Translations under genes and position numbers: made by a program
Notes under the pieces: model-generated
What the model was told of the DNA's origin: nothing
Databases searched by the model: none
The model's input: the letters and a program-made list of their open reading frames with translations, nothing else
From: Camelus dromedarius
Lineage: Eukaryota
Reading direction: 5' to 3'
Assembly (NCBI RefSeq): GCF_036321535.1
Contig: NC_087436.1
Coordinates: 122,886,001 to 122,946,000 of the forward strand
Length of the DNA: 60,000 nt
Shown here: one piece after another, positions 48,200-60,000 of the stretch
Layout of the letters: each line of letters starts with the position of its first letter
Numbering within the stretch: position 1 is the first letter of the stretch

Positions 48200-51100
48200 C
48201 AGGCACCAGTTTACATGCTCTCCACATGTATAAAAAAATCAGAGATAAACTATATGAAAAACAGCACCCAAGACTGGACATCATGCAACAGGAGACAGTG
48301 GTCCTTGTGGGACAGGAAACAAATGAAGGGGGCCTTATGCTTGTCCCCACTCCCTGCCTTCCAGGGTGCAGTGCCGGGAGTGGGGACCCAGGCAGAGTCC
48401 AGAGGGAGGGGGAGTCCTGGCAGGGGAAGGTAGCCAGGGTTCATAGGACAGAGTCCTGGAGAGGAAAGAGCTGTGTGGAGAAGGAGCCCCAGAGACCAGC
48501 AGAGGGTCCCTCATCCTCAAGGCTTCAGCTGACTACAGATCAGTCCAAGAGTGAAAAGGAACCACCCAAGGATGGGGAAGAACCACCCAGAAGGATGGGA
48601 GTCCACAGGGCAGGAAAGATGTCTGCATCCAACAGTCAGTATTGAGAACCTAGTCATTCAAGGGGCATTGATTAGAGTACAAAGAAGGGTCTTGCCTCAG
48701 TAGAAGGGAAAAATCAACTCTAGACTCAATGCATTTCTTGTCCGGCTCAGCAAAGCTTAAAAACAAGACCTAAAGGACCATACTGTTTGCAAGTCACTTA
48801 ACTGCATCCCAGAAACAAACGCAAGACTATTTATAGGAACACAAAACTATCCAGCACCCAATAAGGCAGAACACACAATGTCTGACATCCAACCAAAAAT
48901 CCCCAGGCATGAAGAGAAGCAGGAAATTAAAACCAGTACAGAGGGGAAAACAGTCAGGGAGAACCCAGAAATGATGAAAATGATGAGATTAGCAGATGAG
49001 AACACCAACACATTTACTGTCTTCTGTTTGTCCAAGGTGTCAGAGCAAAGACTGAGCATATTAAGGAGAGACAGGGAAGACTTTTTAAAACCCCCAACTG
49101 AACGTGCAGGGATGAGAATTACAATGTCTGAGATAAAGACACTAGGGTCAATAGAACACTGGGAAAGAAAAGACTGATCTTGAAGACCGAGCAAGAGGAA
49201 CTGTCCAAGGAAACAAAGAGAAAAAAGACTGAAAAAATGAACAAACCATGAGTGAGTCCTAGGACAACATCACGTAGTGAAATGCACGTGGAACTGGAGC
49301 CCCACGGGAAAGGAGACAGGGTGGAAAAGAAAATATTTTAAGAAAAAGTGGCCACAATTTTTCAAAATGTGATAAAAGACATAAACTCACAGTTTCCAAA
49401 AGCTCAAGAAAATGTAACCACAAGAATCAGGAAGAAAACTTCCTGAGGAGCGTCCTTCTCAGAGTCTCAGAGCACTGAGAGCCAGCTATAACCCTCCTTG
49501 GGGTGCTGAGGGCCAGCCGTAACCCTCCTCGGGGCGCTGAGGGCCAGCCGTAGCCCTTCTCGGGGCGCTGAGGGCCAGCTATAGAGAGAGTAACTGAGAT
49601 GCTCCCAGAGAAAAAGCCACATTTTTATACAGAAACAAACAAACAAACAAAGGATGTTTTGTTGATGTCTTGGATGAAAACAATGCACGCAAGAAGACAG
49701 TAGAGCAATATCTTTAAAATTCAAGGAAAGGGAGCCCATCAACCTGCATTCTCTACGAGCAACAGTGTCTTTTGAAACCAAAGGTGAAACAAGGAATTTT
49801 TCAAACAGAAGAAACTGGAAGAATTCATCACCAGCAGATCTACACCACAAGAAATGTTAAAGGACATCATCCAAGCAGAGGAAGGTGGGGCCAGAGGAAA
49901 GCCAGATGCCACCCAGAGACAAGAAGGGTCCCAGACAGGGAAACTGCAGGGAATGCTTTTCTTATGATTTAAGTCTCTTTAAAATACACTCATCTGCTTA
50001 AAGCAGAAAGAACAGCGGTGTATTGTGTGATTGACAGCATATGAAAAATGAACATGTATGATCACAGGAGCACAAAGGCTGGGAGAAGATGAGAAATGGG
50101 TTTGTAAGGTCCTCTGACTACATGTGAGCTGGTATGATCTCACTCACCAGCAGACATTGACAAGTGAAAATGGATGGCATAAATCCTAACACAACCACTA
50201 AAATAAACTAGCAAAGAATAACAACTAAGAATGTAATAGAAGAGACAGAGGGAGTAATTTTAAAAATAATAATAATCCAAAAGAAAACAGAAAAAAAGGG
50301 AGAAAACAGATGAGACAAATACAAGATAAATAGCAAGAAGGTAGATTTAAACCCAATCATATCAATAATCACACTAAATGTAAATGATCCAAGCATCCCA
50401 ATTGAAAGGCAGAGAGGTTACCTGACAGGGTTAAAAAAAAAAAAAAAAAGCAAGATTCAACTATAAGCCATCTACAAAGACTTCAAATATAGATACAAAC
50501 AGGTTAAAAGTTAAAGAGTAGAAAAAGAAAAATTGGCGAGCACTAATCAGAACTCTGCAGTGGCGGCGCTAACATCAGACAGTCGATTTCAGAGCAAGAA
50601 TGTGATCAGAGATAAACACGGTCTTTTCATAACGAACTGTTCTGAAATCATGAAAAAATGAAACAACCCAAAATGTACATGCACCTGACAACAGCAGACA
50701 GGAATCCATGAAGCAGGAACTGACCAGGGAGAAACGAGAAAATCCACAATCGTACTCAGAGATTTCAACACTCCTCTCCCAACTCTTGATTCAATAGGTA
50801 GACAGAGACTCATCAGGAATACAGAAAACTTGAACAACACTATCAGCTAAATGGGCCTAATGGATATTTATAGAACAGGCAAACATTTTCTGAGCCACAA
50901 GTGGCAGTATATTTAAAATAATTCAAATCATACAAAGAATGTTGTCTGACCACATTGGAATTATATTAGAAGTCACTAACCAAAGATATCTGGAAACTCC
51001 TCAAATATTTGCAAACCAATAACCTATTCGTTAATTTCCCATGCATTGAAGAAGAAACCAAAAGGAAAATCAAAAATTATTTTGAACTGAATGGAAAAGA

Positions 51101-52965
51101 CAACATGTGGAAAACTGTGGGATGGAGTTAAAGCAGTGCCTGGAAACTCACAGTGCTAACTGCTGAGCTGAGAAGACAGGACTCGGTTTCCTTCCAAAGA
51201 GACTAGAGAACCTGAGCAGAGACAAAACCCAGAGTAAGCAGAAGGAGCCAAACAGCAAAGGTCACGTTAGAAATCAACGAGCTAGAAAACAGCAAAACAG
51301 AACAAGATCGGACAGAGGAAACCAGGAAATCAGAAGCTGGCTCTTCGAGATCAATCACATTGATAAATCCCTTACACATGGATCTGGGGGAAAGAAAAGA
51401 GAAAAGAGACAAATTATCAATATTAGGACTGAGAGAGGCAATATTAGTAATCCATACATCAAAAGAATTATGCCAATACTTTTGACACCTTAGAAGAAAT
51501 AGACAAATTCATTGAAAATCAAGAACTACCACAGCTCACTCTAGAAGAAATGGAAAACCTGACTATATTTATTAAATAATCTGAATTTTTAGTTAAAAAC
51601 CTTCCCACAAAGAAAACACCAGGCCCAGATGGCTTCACTGAGAAATTCTACAAAACATTTCAGGAGCAAATGACACCCATTCTACAGGAACACTACCAGA
51701 AAAGTGAAGAGAAGGGAGCACCTTCCAGCCCATCCCATGAAGCCCGCGTTACTCTGACGCCAAACTCAGAACGACAAGGACAGAAACCTCCAGAAAAGTG
51801 TCTGTCGTGAACACAGATGCAAAACATTTTAAACTTTGGTTCACAAATTCAACAATATAAAGAAAGGCTAATACATCATGATCAAGTGGAGTTTATCCCA
51901 AGGATGCAAATTTGGTTTAATATTTAAAAATCAACGTAGCTGACCATATCCACACAGAAAAGCACATGATTATCTCAACAGATTCAGAAAAAGCTGAACA
52001 GTTGGACAGATTCCAACACCCATCCCCGATTTAAAAAAAACAAAAACAGAAACACCTGAGCAAGCTGGCGTAGGCAAGGACTTCCTCAACCCAGCAAGAG
52101 GCGTCTGCAGAAACGTTACCACCAACATCACACTTCATTGTTGAAGAATCAGGCTTCCCCTTCACCAGAAGCAGACCCGGGGGTTGCTGCCTCTGCAGTT
52201 GGTCAACATTGTGCTGGAGGTTCAAGCTGGTTCAGATTGGAAAAAAATAAGTAAAATGGTATGACTTGTAAATGACCGGATCAGCTCTGAGACACTCTAT
52301 GGAATCTACAAGAAAAAAAAGGCAGCAAAAGGAGTAGTGTCGGTGCACTTGGCAGGGCAGCAAGAACCCAGACCACTGCACGAGGGTCCGTCCTGGGAGG
52401 CAGCGCGCACGAGCACGCCCTCGGCCCGGAGCCCACGCAGCCGTTCCGAAAGACAGTTCAGCAAGGCGCTAGAGCGCGAAGTGCGCCTCTGACCCAGCCT
52501 CGGGGACTTGCGCTCCACGTGCAGGTGTTTACCCAACAGAAGAGGAGGTACATGTCTTCACAAAGCTCTGTTCTCAGATGCCCCAAACCGGGACCTGCCC
52601 AGATGTCCGGCAAGAGGCGACCAGGCAGATGGACTGTTGGGGTCCACGGACGGGACACAGTCAGCAGTAAAAACGCGCGAAGGGCCCACACTCAACAAGG
52701 ACAGTTGTCCCTGGTGACTGTGCTGGTGGGAGGACGCTGTGTGGTGGCACCTGCACAGCACCCTAGGAAGAGCCGGTCAGCCTGCAGTGCCAGGAGGCAG
52801 GCCTGGGGCTGCCTGGGCTGGGGCCCGGCTCAGCTTCTGGGGGTTGGAAATGCTCGCTATCTATGTTGTGTTTGGTTTCATGGACATGAACTTGTCAAAA
52901 CTTATTAAATCATATGCTTTAAAGAGTGCAGTTTATTGTGTCAATTATACTTCAGTAAAGGTGTT
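48200..52965 (+). mobile_element. Ancient, internally deleted LINE-1 (L1M-type): 5' and ORF1 region, ORF2 remnants and 3' end
   Basis: ISIITLNVNDPSIPIERQR (about 50369; endonuclease start) and LPTKKTPGPDGFTEKFYKTF (51601). A-rich strand bias, many stops and frameshifts, and an L1M-type 3' end ttgtcaaaac...ttatacttcagtaaag at about 52890-52960. Confidence 0.9.
49469..49584 (+). repeat. 31-bp minisatellite (about 3.7 copies) inside L1 ORF1
   Basis: Unit ggggcgctgagggccagccgta(a/g)ccct(c/t)ctc at 49500, 49531 and 49562 (partial), with a diverged copy at 49469. Confidence 0.9.
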
Positions 52966-55900
52966 ATTATATATTTTTCTTAAAGACAAAGCAAAAAGTG
53001 CTAAGAAGATAGACGAGAGGCCTCCGTGGAGGGGCCGGGGAGGCCACTGAGGTGACAGACTCCTGGCAGCAGCTGCTGCTGTCAGACTTTGCAGCGCACC
53101 GAAGACCTCCTTTTGGTTTCACCTTCTCTCCTGTGAGCTATTTCAACTTGACGACTCATTGGAGCTTTTCCTGCGTCCTGACCCGGGCCTGCCTCCACCC
53201 TTGAACCTGCACTGGCACCACTGTTTGTCCTTTCCTTGGGGACACGGGGCACCACTGGTGACTCTCAGCATAGACACCATGGAGGGGAGACCTCGTGCCC
53301 ACTCACAAAGGGGTGAGCTCGGCAGGGCAGCCCCTGGTCTACGCTTTGACCCAGAGCTCTGCTCAGAGGGTTACCTGTCCCCACAGGGGCTCTTGGGGCA
53401 TGGATGTGAGGCCAGTCCTGTTTCATGCAGGGCTGTCACAGGATGTGGCTGGAGTGCCTGGATGGGGCCACTGGGCAGGACAGCCGTCCAAGTGGGCCCC
53501 GAAGTTCTGGGGCTGAACAGCACTCCTTCTGAGGTTGGGCCCCCAAGCCTTGCAGATGTGCACCCCTGGATCCCCAAATGGATCCCAGCCCAAAGCCAGA
53601 ACAGGACACTGACACTGCCATACTGGGCCACCCTGACCAGGTCCGCTGAGGGGACAGGCCTCCCCGCTGGGGACCAGCCTGCGCCCATCCTCCGCCAGCG
53701 GTGCTCCACCCAGGTTCTCTCTGGTACCTTCTAGGGCAGTGGTAGAGGGGAGCTGGGTTAGCACTGGCACCCACAGGCCTCCCTCACCTGGAGGCATAGC
53801 CAGTCCACGAGCAGCGCGGGAGCCCCAGGAGGGGTTCTGCTGGGCGTGGAAGGTGGGCAGTGGGGCTTTGGCCTCGTCAGGCCACCTCAGCCTCGGTGAG
53901 GAGGGGCCTCTCAGAGCACCCTACAGCAGCCCCTGTCCTGGGGGGACCCTGGGACCAGGAGGCTGAGGGGCACTTCTGACTGGGTGTCAGGGTGCTCAGG
54001 CTGCACGCCAGGAGGCAGCAGGTCTGTGGCCACGTGGTGCCCCGTGGTAATGGGGACCATATGAACCCCAGCAGCTGCATCCAGGGCTCTCCACCTGTTG
54101 AGGTTGTGAGTCATGAGGCTCCATCATGCCCAGGGCTGGACTCCATCCACATCCCCTACCACCCAAGGTCCGCAGTGCCACCTCTGGGCAGCAGGTAGGG
54201 GCACCAGGCTCAGGACAGCTCTCCTCCTGTGCAGCCCCTCGTGCCCTGGACCCCACAAAGGGCCTGGTTCCTCTGCACCCCTCTTAGTGGGCCTCCTGCC
54301 TCCCCCTCCCTGTTCTGGGGCCCGGGTCACGCCCAGGCGTGTGGTGGCATCTGGCACCTCTGCCTTCACCTGTCACCTGGGCTTGCACAGGGCGGGGCAG
54401 CCCTCTCTTCCTCCTTCACGATGGGAGGGGTAATGCCCGCCCTCTGCCCTCCCCCACAGGGGTTCCCCTGGGGGTTTCTGCTCCTGACCGGCCTCCTCAA
54501 CCTGGGCCCGGAAGCTCTTCCACAGGCATGTGTGTCCTCCCGCTGGGGCCCAGACCAGTGGGACTGGGGGCGGCCCCAGGACACAGAGCCTCCACATGGG
54601 GTTCCGGCAACAGGTGACCCACAGATGTGAGGCGCTGGGGGCTGGCCTTGCAGGTGGGCAACGGTACCAAGGCTACTCAAGTTCCTCAGTGGCTGTGAGC
54701 TGGGCTGGTGTGGGTGGAAGGAAAGGGCTGGTTGCCATGGTGACTGCAGTGCTGATAAAGTCTGGGCATCTCTCCTCCCTTGAAACGGAAGAGGCAGAAC
54801 TGAGAGCTGGGGGCACAGGGGTGTCAGGGGCCCCACGGCTCTTCTCCTGTGGCCACAGGGCCAGTTCTATGAGCCACTGCCCGACAGAAGGCTGGACACT
54901 GATGAGGCCTCTGTTTGGTCAGGAGCAGCAATTTTTTTTAAAATTTTATTTGTTTTTTATTTGGTATCATAGGCTTTAATCTCAGTGGCTGGAAAATCAC
55001 GTTATAGCAATTTTCAAGGAAAGGAAACAGGGACAGAGGGGCAGGGCCCCAACACTGCCAGGTCCCCTCACTGGGGACCCCTCCCCCCCATGTAAAGCCT
55101 GTCCCCATCCCGGCTGCCCACACAGCCTGATGGCCAGCGTTGCAGGAGGAGGGAGCCCTCAGCCTCGCTGGTCACACTGGCAGGATCCCGGGAAGTATGG
55201 TGGCAGTGAACCCATCACCGCACACAAGGGAGGTGGGATGGACGCGGCTGCTCAGAACCAGGCCTACTGCACTGGCCCGAGCCCCTGGCAGTGGAGTCGA
55301 TGGTTGGGAGGCTGGCCTGTGGCCACTTCCCCACACGCCCTGGGGCCTGCTGAGCCCCACGCGTGCTCCTGGGACCAGCAGCAACCAGAGTTGCAGGCAG
55401 TCTCAGGCCCAGTCCCAGTCAGACCATGTTTAACAAGACCCCAGGTGAAGCACACACGAGCCTTTGAAGCACGGGCCCTCGGCAGGCACGAGAGGGCCGG
55501 CTCCGGGCGGCTTCTGGAGGCTAGAAGCACAAGCAGCCAGAAAATCGGAGGCCTGCTGGCAGCTCTGACACACTTGTCACTGCGAGGCCAGGACCTTGTG
55601 CCCAGTTCCTAGAACTAAGTGGCTCACAAGAGCCCTTAATGGAGGGGAGGCCAGACCCCCCTGAAAAAGAACCACCTAAACAGTCACATGTGTCCCCAGG
55701 AATGTAAGGGGTACCTGCGGGGTCTGCAAGTGACTGTCGCGTGGAGAGGCCCGCTAGGCTCCTGTGGCTTATGGATGACGCCAGTTCCCGCTCACCTGAA
55801 CACCTCCGCTGCTGGGCAAACAGGGCCCTGACCTCAGACTGTGAGCGCACGGGTCCTGCAGGCCCTGCCTGCAGTTTGTGTGTCCCCAGATGGTAGAGAG

Positions 55901-57844
55901 GGCTGCAGCGGCCACCCCACGCTGGACCCTCGACCTGCGCAGGGAGGGCTGTCCTGGAAGCCCCCAGGCCTGCCCTCCCTGCTAAACCAAAAACACCACC
56001 ACGTTTCTGGGAAAGCTGCAGAGAGTCAGAAACCTGGGGAACATGAGGAGGGTGTCCCTTCTCTCTTCTCCAAATCACCTGCCAGATGGGTGTAGAGTGC
56101 CATGATCACAGCGTAACCTGTGGCAACACCAGTGAGCTGAGGTCTGGATGTGGTGTTGTCGCTGGGGACAGTCACACAGCCTGGGGGCCTGACACGCAGC
56201 TGACCCGGCAAATACTTTCTCTCCCTGTCAGGGACGACCAGCAGGCTCCCTCACGGGATAGGGACAGCGGCGCACCTCTGCAGTCACCTCAAGGCAACAG
56301 CTTTCCGACTGTCTTCATATGGCCCAGGGTCCCGGTTTCCTTGGTGACACTGCTGATCAGACAGGGGGCCGAGAGGTGACCAGCACACCAGATGCCTCAG
56401 TAAGACGGTGCTTGCTGAGTTGGGGGGGGGTAAACCCACGGAAGTTCAGGAGCCTCCAGGGAAGCCTCGGGTCTGAGAGTCTGGGCTCGGGGGATGGTCC
56501 CCGTGAAGTGGGGCCGGTCACACTGCACCAGCTGCTCCTAAGGGGCCCAGGGCTCACGGGACTCTGGGTGTGGGGGCAGCATGTGCCATGTCTGCACCTG
56601 CTGTTCTGACCCATTTCCTGGGCTGCAGGCAACACTGTCCAGGCGCGGTGCAGGCCACCTGCCCCGGGGGTCAGTCTGGGCAGCCTGGAGCAAGGCCACT
56701 TCCTCCTCTCAAAATTCCCTGGAAAAGCAGCTCCGGGCTGGCATCTGCGCCCTGGGGCAGCTCCCGCCCCACCACCGGGCCGAGCCGGCGCGCAGAGCAC
56801 TCTGTCCTGAGGCGTAGATACTGGAGCCCAGGCCCAGGCGCGTCTGGAGGGCGGCTGGTGCCCGCCCGGGAGGCGCTGGCTCCCCCCGGACCACCGCCTC
56901 TCCCTCGGCCCGCACCCGGGGCCCCCCGAGGCACTTCCCGCTCACTCCCAGAGGGCGGCACCAAGGTGTACATCTGGCTCAAGCTTGGCTTACAACAGGC
57001 AGCACCCAAGAGGCTGGCCACTGGGGCCAGACTCAGAAAGACCAAGACGGAAAGCTCGAGGACAGAGAGGTCTAAGGAGAGGGACGGCGAGGGTGCTGTG
57101 TCCTGCAGAAAGGCCACACTGGTCCGGGAAGCGTCCCCCACATCAGCGGCTCTTGTAAACAAGACATGGCGACGTCAGCCTCTTTCTGCCAGCCCGAGGA
57201 CCACTCCATGGGCCCAGGTGCAAAGTGGCCGTGGCAGCAGGGTCAGAGGCTGTGTGGGGGTCAGTTCCGTGGCTCCCTGAACTCTCAGCCCGGCTCCAAG
57301 CCCAATGACCCCAAACCAGCAAAGATCAAAGCAAGGTCAGAGGGTGGGGACATGCCAGCAACCTGGTAGCTGCCGGACAACACGTGAGCCACAATCAGAG
57401 CGGAGATGGTGACTTACCCCGGAGACAGATGTGGCTTTTCTGTCCTGGCCACGACATGGGTGCCAGTGCCTAGTCCCCCACCCGCCCCAACTGCCTCAGG
57501 GCCGCAGTAGCCTCTAAAGGAGGGGCCTATCTTACCACCAGGGCAGACAGCAGCAGGCTCCTGCCGGGAAGCTGACTGGCAAGCTTTGACCCTGTGGTAC
57601 TGCTTTGCACAGAGCCTCCCCTACTGCACACCCCACTGCTCCGTGGGATCTCTGCTCTGTGGACTTGTAGGTCCTGCGTCCAAGGAAGGAGCCAGGGAAC
57701 CCAGTCCCCCTCCAAGGAAGCTAGAAGCTGAGAAGGCTCTGACCATCACCGGTCCTCAGGCCACTGAGCCAGTGGCTGGAGAAGAGAATGCTTGACCGCT
57801 GGGGTGATGGAGCCCCATCACCACGGGGAAAGGAGGTCGAGGCT

Positions 57845-58220
57845 TGTTACGGGCAGAACTGTGTCCCCCAAAATTCATACATTGAGTTCTAACCCCCAGG
57901 ACCTCAGAATGTGGTTGTATTTGGAGATGGGCCTCTAAAGAGGTGATTGCAATGAGGTCATGTGGGTGGGCCCTACTCTCACCTGGCTGGTGGCCTTGTA
58001 AGAAGAGATTAGGACACAGACACACACAGAGGGACAGCCACATAACAACATGGGAGAAGGCAGCCTTGTGCAAGCCAAGGAGAGAGGTCTCAGGAGGAAC
58101 CAGCCCCCCTGGGCACCCTGACCTCAGACTCCGGTCTCCAGGTCTGGGAGGAGAGGAGTGACCGCTGCTCGGGCCGCCAGCCCACCATGCTCTGTCACGG
58201 GGGCCAGGCTCAGACAGCAC
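57845..58220 (+). mobile_element. ERVL-MaLR solo LTR (MLT1-like)
   Basis: Starts tgttacgggcagaactgtgtcccccaaaattcatac, and contains cctcagaatgtggttgtatttggagatggg and gcaagccaaggagagaggtctcaggaggaaccagccc. Confidence 0.88.
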
Positions 58221-59351
58221 ATGGTGATGAGGCAGGAAGACAATGCCCAGGAACAATGCCCACCAGGCACCCCTAGTGCCCCTTGTATGGTCACAACGGG
58301 GCCCCAGCAAGACGGTCGGGGTCCCCCAGTCACCAAGCCCTGAAGTCCCCGGACCAGGGACTGGCTCTGCGGTTCATGCAGAAATGTGGCCAAACATCTC
58401 TTGCCCAAGACGAGACTGCTGGTGGGAACTGGTGTGCCCTGAGTTTCCACATGGATGGGGGGGTGGTAGGTTTCAGGGGAGCCAGAGGGGTGACTGGGCC
58501 TTCCAGGCCCACGGCCCCACCACCCTTGTGCCCAGGCAGCTTGGGGTGGGCAGTGGAGAGAGGAGTGTGGGGTCGGGGCCCCACTTCTGCTGGCAGTGCC
58601 CCAGGCTGGTGCATCCCTGGCCTGAGGGTCTTTGCTGGGCAGCTTCTCCCCTCCTTCCTCCGTCTCTCCACCTGCCCTGGGGCAGGGGTGGCTGTGGGGA
58701 GGGGCCCTGAGGCTCGGCACCACCCCCTGTGGCTTCCCTGCCCCCTGCCCACATCTCTATAAACAGTCCCCAGGTCATGAATACGCCATCTCTTTCCTTC
58801 TGGGCCCAGACAAGGAGCCAGGATGACCAAGAGTGGACACTGCTGGCCATTTCTTCTGCTGGACACAGCCTGGGCCAGGCAGCCTGGCAAGGGGTAGGGG
58901 ACAGCCTGGCTGGGCCTCAGGGAGTGGATAACCCTCTGGGCTCTGTCCCAGGCTCACTCCACTCGCAGGGCACCCTTAGCCCCCACCCTGCAGGAGACGG
59001 GAGTGGGGCCTGCTGCTCCCGGAGGTGACACCAGAGACCCTAACTCCAATGCAGTCCACACCTCGCCCCTCCCGCAGCTCACACCTGTCTACTTCAACCT
59101 GCACCCCATCCCAGCTCCCACAGGTGGGGAGGGGGCTCTGACCAACAGGCCCCACATCTGCCTAGCGCCCCTGACAAAGGCTTTCCCGGAGACTGTGTGT
59201 GGAAAGGCACTTTAAGAGGTTGAGTGAGGGGCAGGAGGGGCAAACAGAGGGGGTGACTGTCGGACAGGCTGATGGTGGTCCAGCCCAGCAGGGCCCCTGG
59301 CCGCCCCAGCTCACCGGTCAGCACAGGCTCATCGCCGGGCAGCAGTGGCCC

Positions 59352-59458
59352 TCAGGGTGCCGGGACCTCCAGATACTGCACAGAACTCGAGAAGGGGCCT
59401 GGCCGGGCCCAGTAGTCCACCGCACGAACCCGGTAGGAGCCAGAGACGACAGCCCCGT
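59352..59458 (-). CDS. IDUA: IDUA (alpha-L-iduronidase) last exon, [35 protein letters not shown]
   Basis: Acceptor gtgtccccag|. Matches human [19 protein letters not shown], and synteny with FGFRL1 agrees. Confidence 0.96.
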
Positions 59459-59595
59459 CTGGGGACACAAAGGTACACATGTGGTCTTGAGTGTGAGCCC
59501 CCCGATCCCCCGAAGTCCTAAAGGCCCCCAGCTCCAGGCTTTGAAAGGCCCTGGACTCCACCCCACCAGGCCCTGTGCTGAGGCGGCAGGCACAC

Positions 59596-59696
59596 CTGGG
59601 CTGAACACGAAGAGGTTAAAGGTCGAAGGCTTCCTGCTGATGGGCGCGTAGGCCCCACCATCCGGGGAGAACTGGATCTCATAGGTCCACAGGCAC
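59596..59696 (-). CDS. IDUA: IDUA penultimate exon, [33 protein letters not shown]
   Basis: 101 bp, acceptor ttccccag| and donor |gtgtgc. Human equivalent is [33 protein letters not shown]. Confidence 0.97.
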
Positions 59697-60000
59697 CTGG
59701 GGAAGGTCAGTCAGGACCAGGGCTGGGGTCCAGGTGGACTGACAGGCAGAGCAGACCCAGGGCCCTACTCCCTCCAGCCCCCTTCCTGAACCCTCCCCGG
59801 GGCAGGGACACTCTTCCTGCAGTGACACAGGGCCACACTGGCTGAGAAGATGGGGCTGGAGCCCCAGTGCCCCCTGCAAATGTCACCCTACATCAGACAG
59901 CTGAGAGTCGTGGGCCTCTGTGCCCACAGCGGGGTGGGTGTAGAGGGGGCAGAGGCTCCCAGCCTGGGGGACGGTTGGAGGGCCACAGCCAAGTGGCCAC

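Noticed and set aside
49469..49584. CRISPR-like array of about 31-bp repeats
   Set aside because: Head-to-tail units with no unique spacers in a mammalian context; this is a minisatellite.
48034..49972. Charged-residue ORFs (203, 99 and 66 aa)
   Set aside because: Fragments of the decayed L1 5' and ORF1 region, not an intact gene or active element.
56570..57280. 236-aa ORF beside a small CpG patch
   Set aside because: No recognisable family or splice structure. The patch is better explained as a regulatory or CTCF-like site.
59697..60000. Next upstream IDUA exon or SLC26A1
   Set aside because: No matching coding sequence here; these should lie beyond the window end.

Overview
GC-rich mammalian genomic DNA. 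A tRNA-Ala-derived SINE of the Vic-1 type points to a camelid; this is inferred from the repeat alone. The window is the segment syntenic to human 4p16.3. It holds the 3' half of RNF212 (+ strand, 7 exons, 379-11492), about 20 kb of intergenic DNA, the complete FGFRL1 gene (- strand, non-coding exon 1 plus 6 coding exons, 505 aa, CpG-island promoter near 45.1-45.9 kb), an old near-full-length LINE-1 (about 48.2-53.0 kb), a MaLR LTR, and the last two exons of IDUA (- strand). Almost all ORFs in the supplied track are GC-richness artefacts. I found no new gene or multi-gene system. The best leads are regulatory or evolutionary: a weak GC splice donor that could switch the RNF212 C-terminus, an FGFRL1 5'UTR uORF, two in-frame stop-free FGFRL1 introns, sharply bounded AT-to-GC-shifted patches inside old L1s (possible fossil recombination hotspots), and convergent CTCF motifs bracketing FGFRL1. 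Comparisons to human and mouse come from recalled sequences, not from searches.
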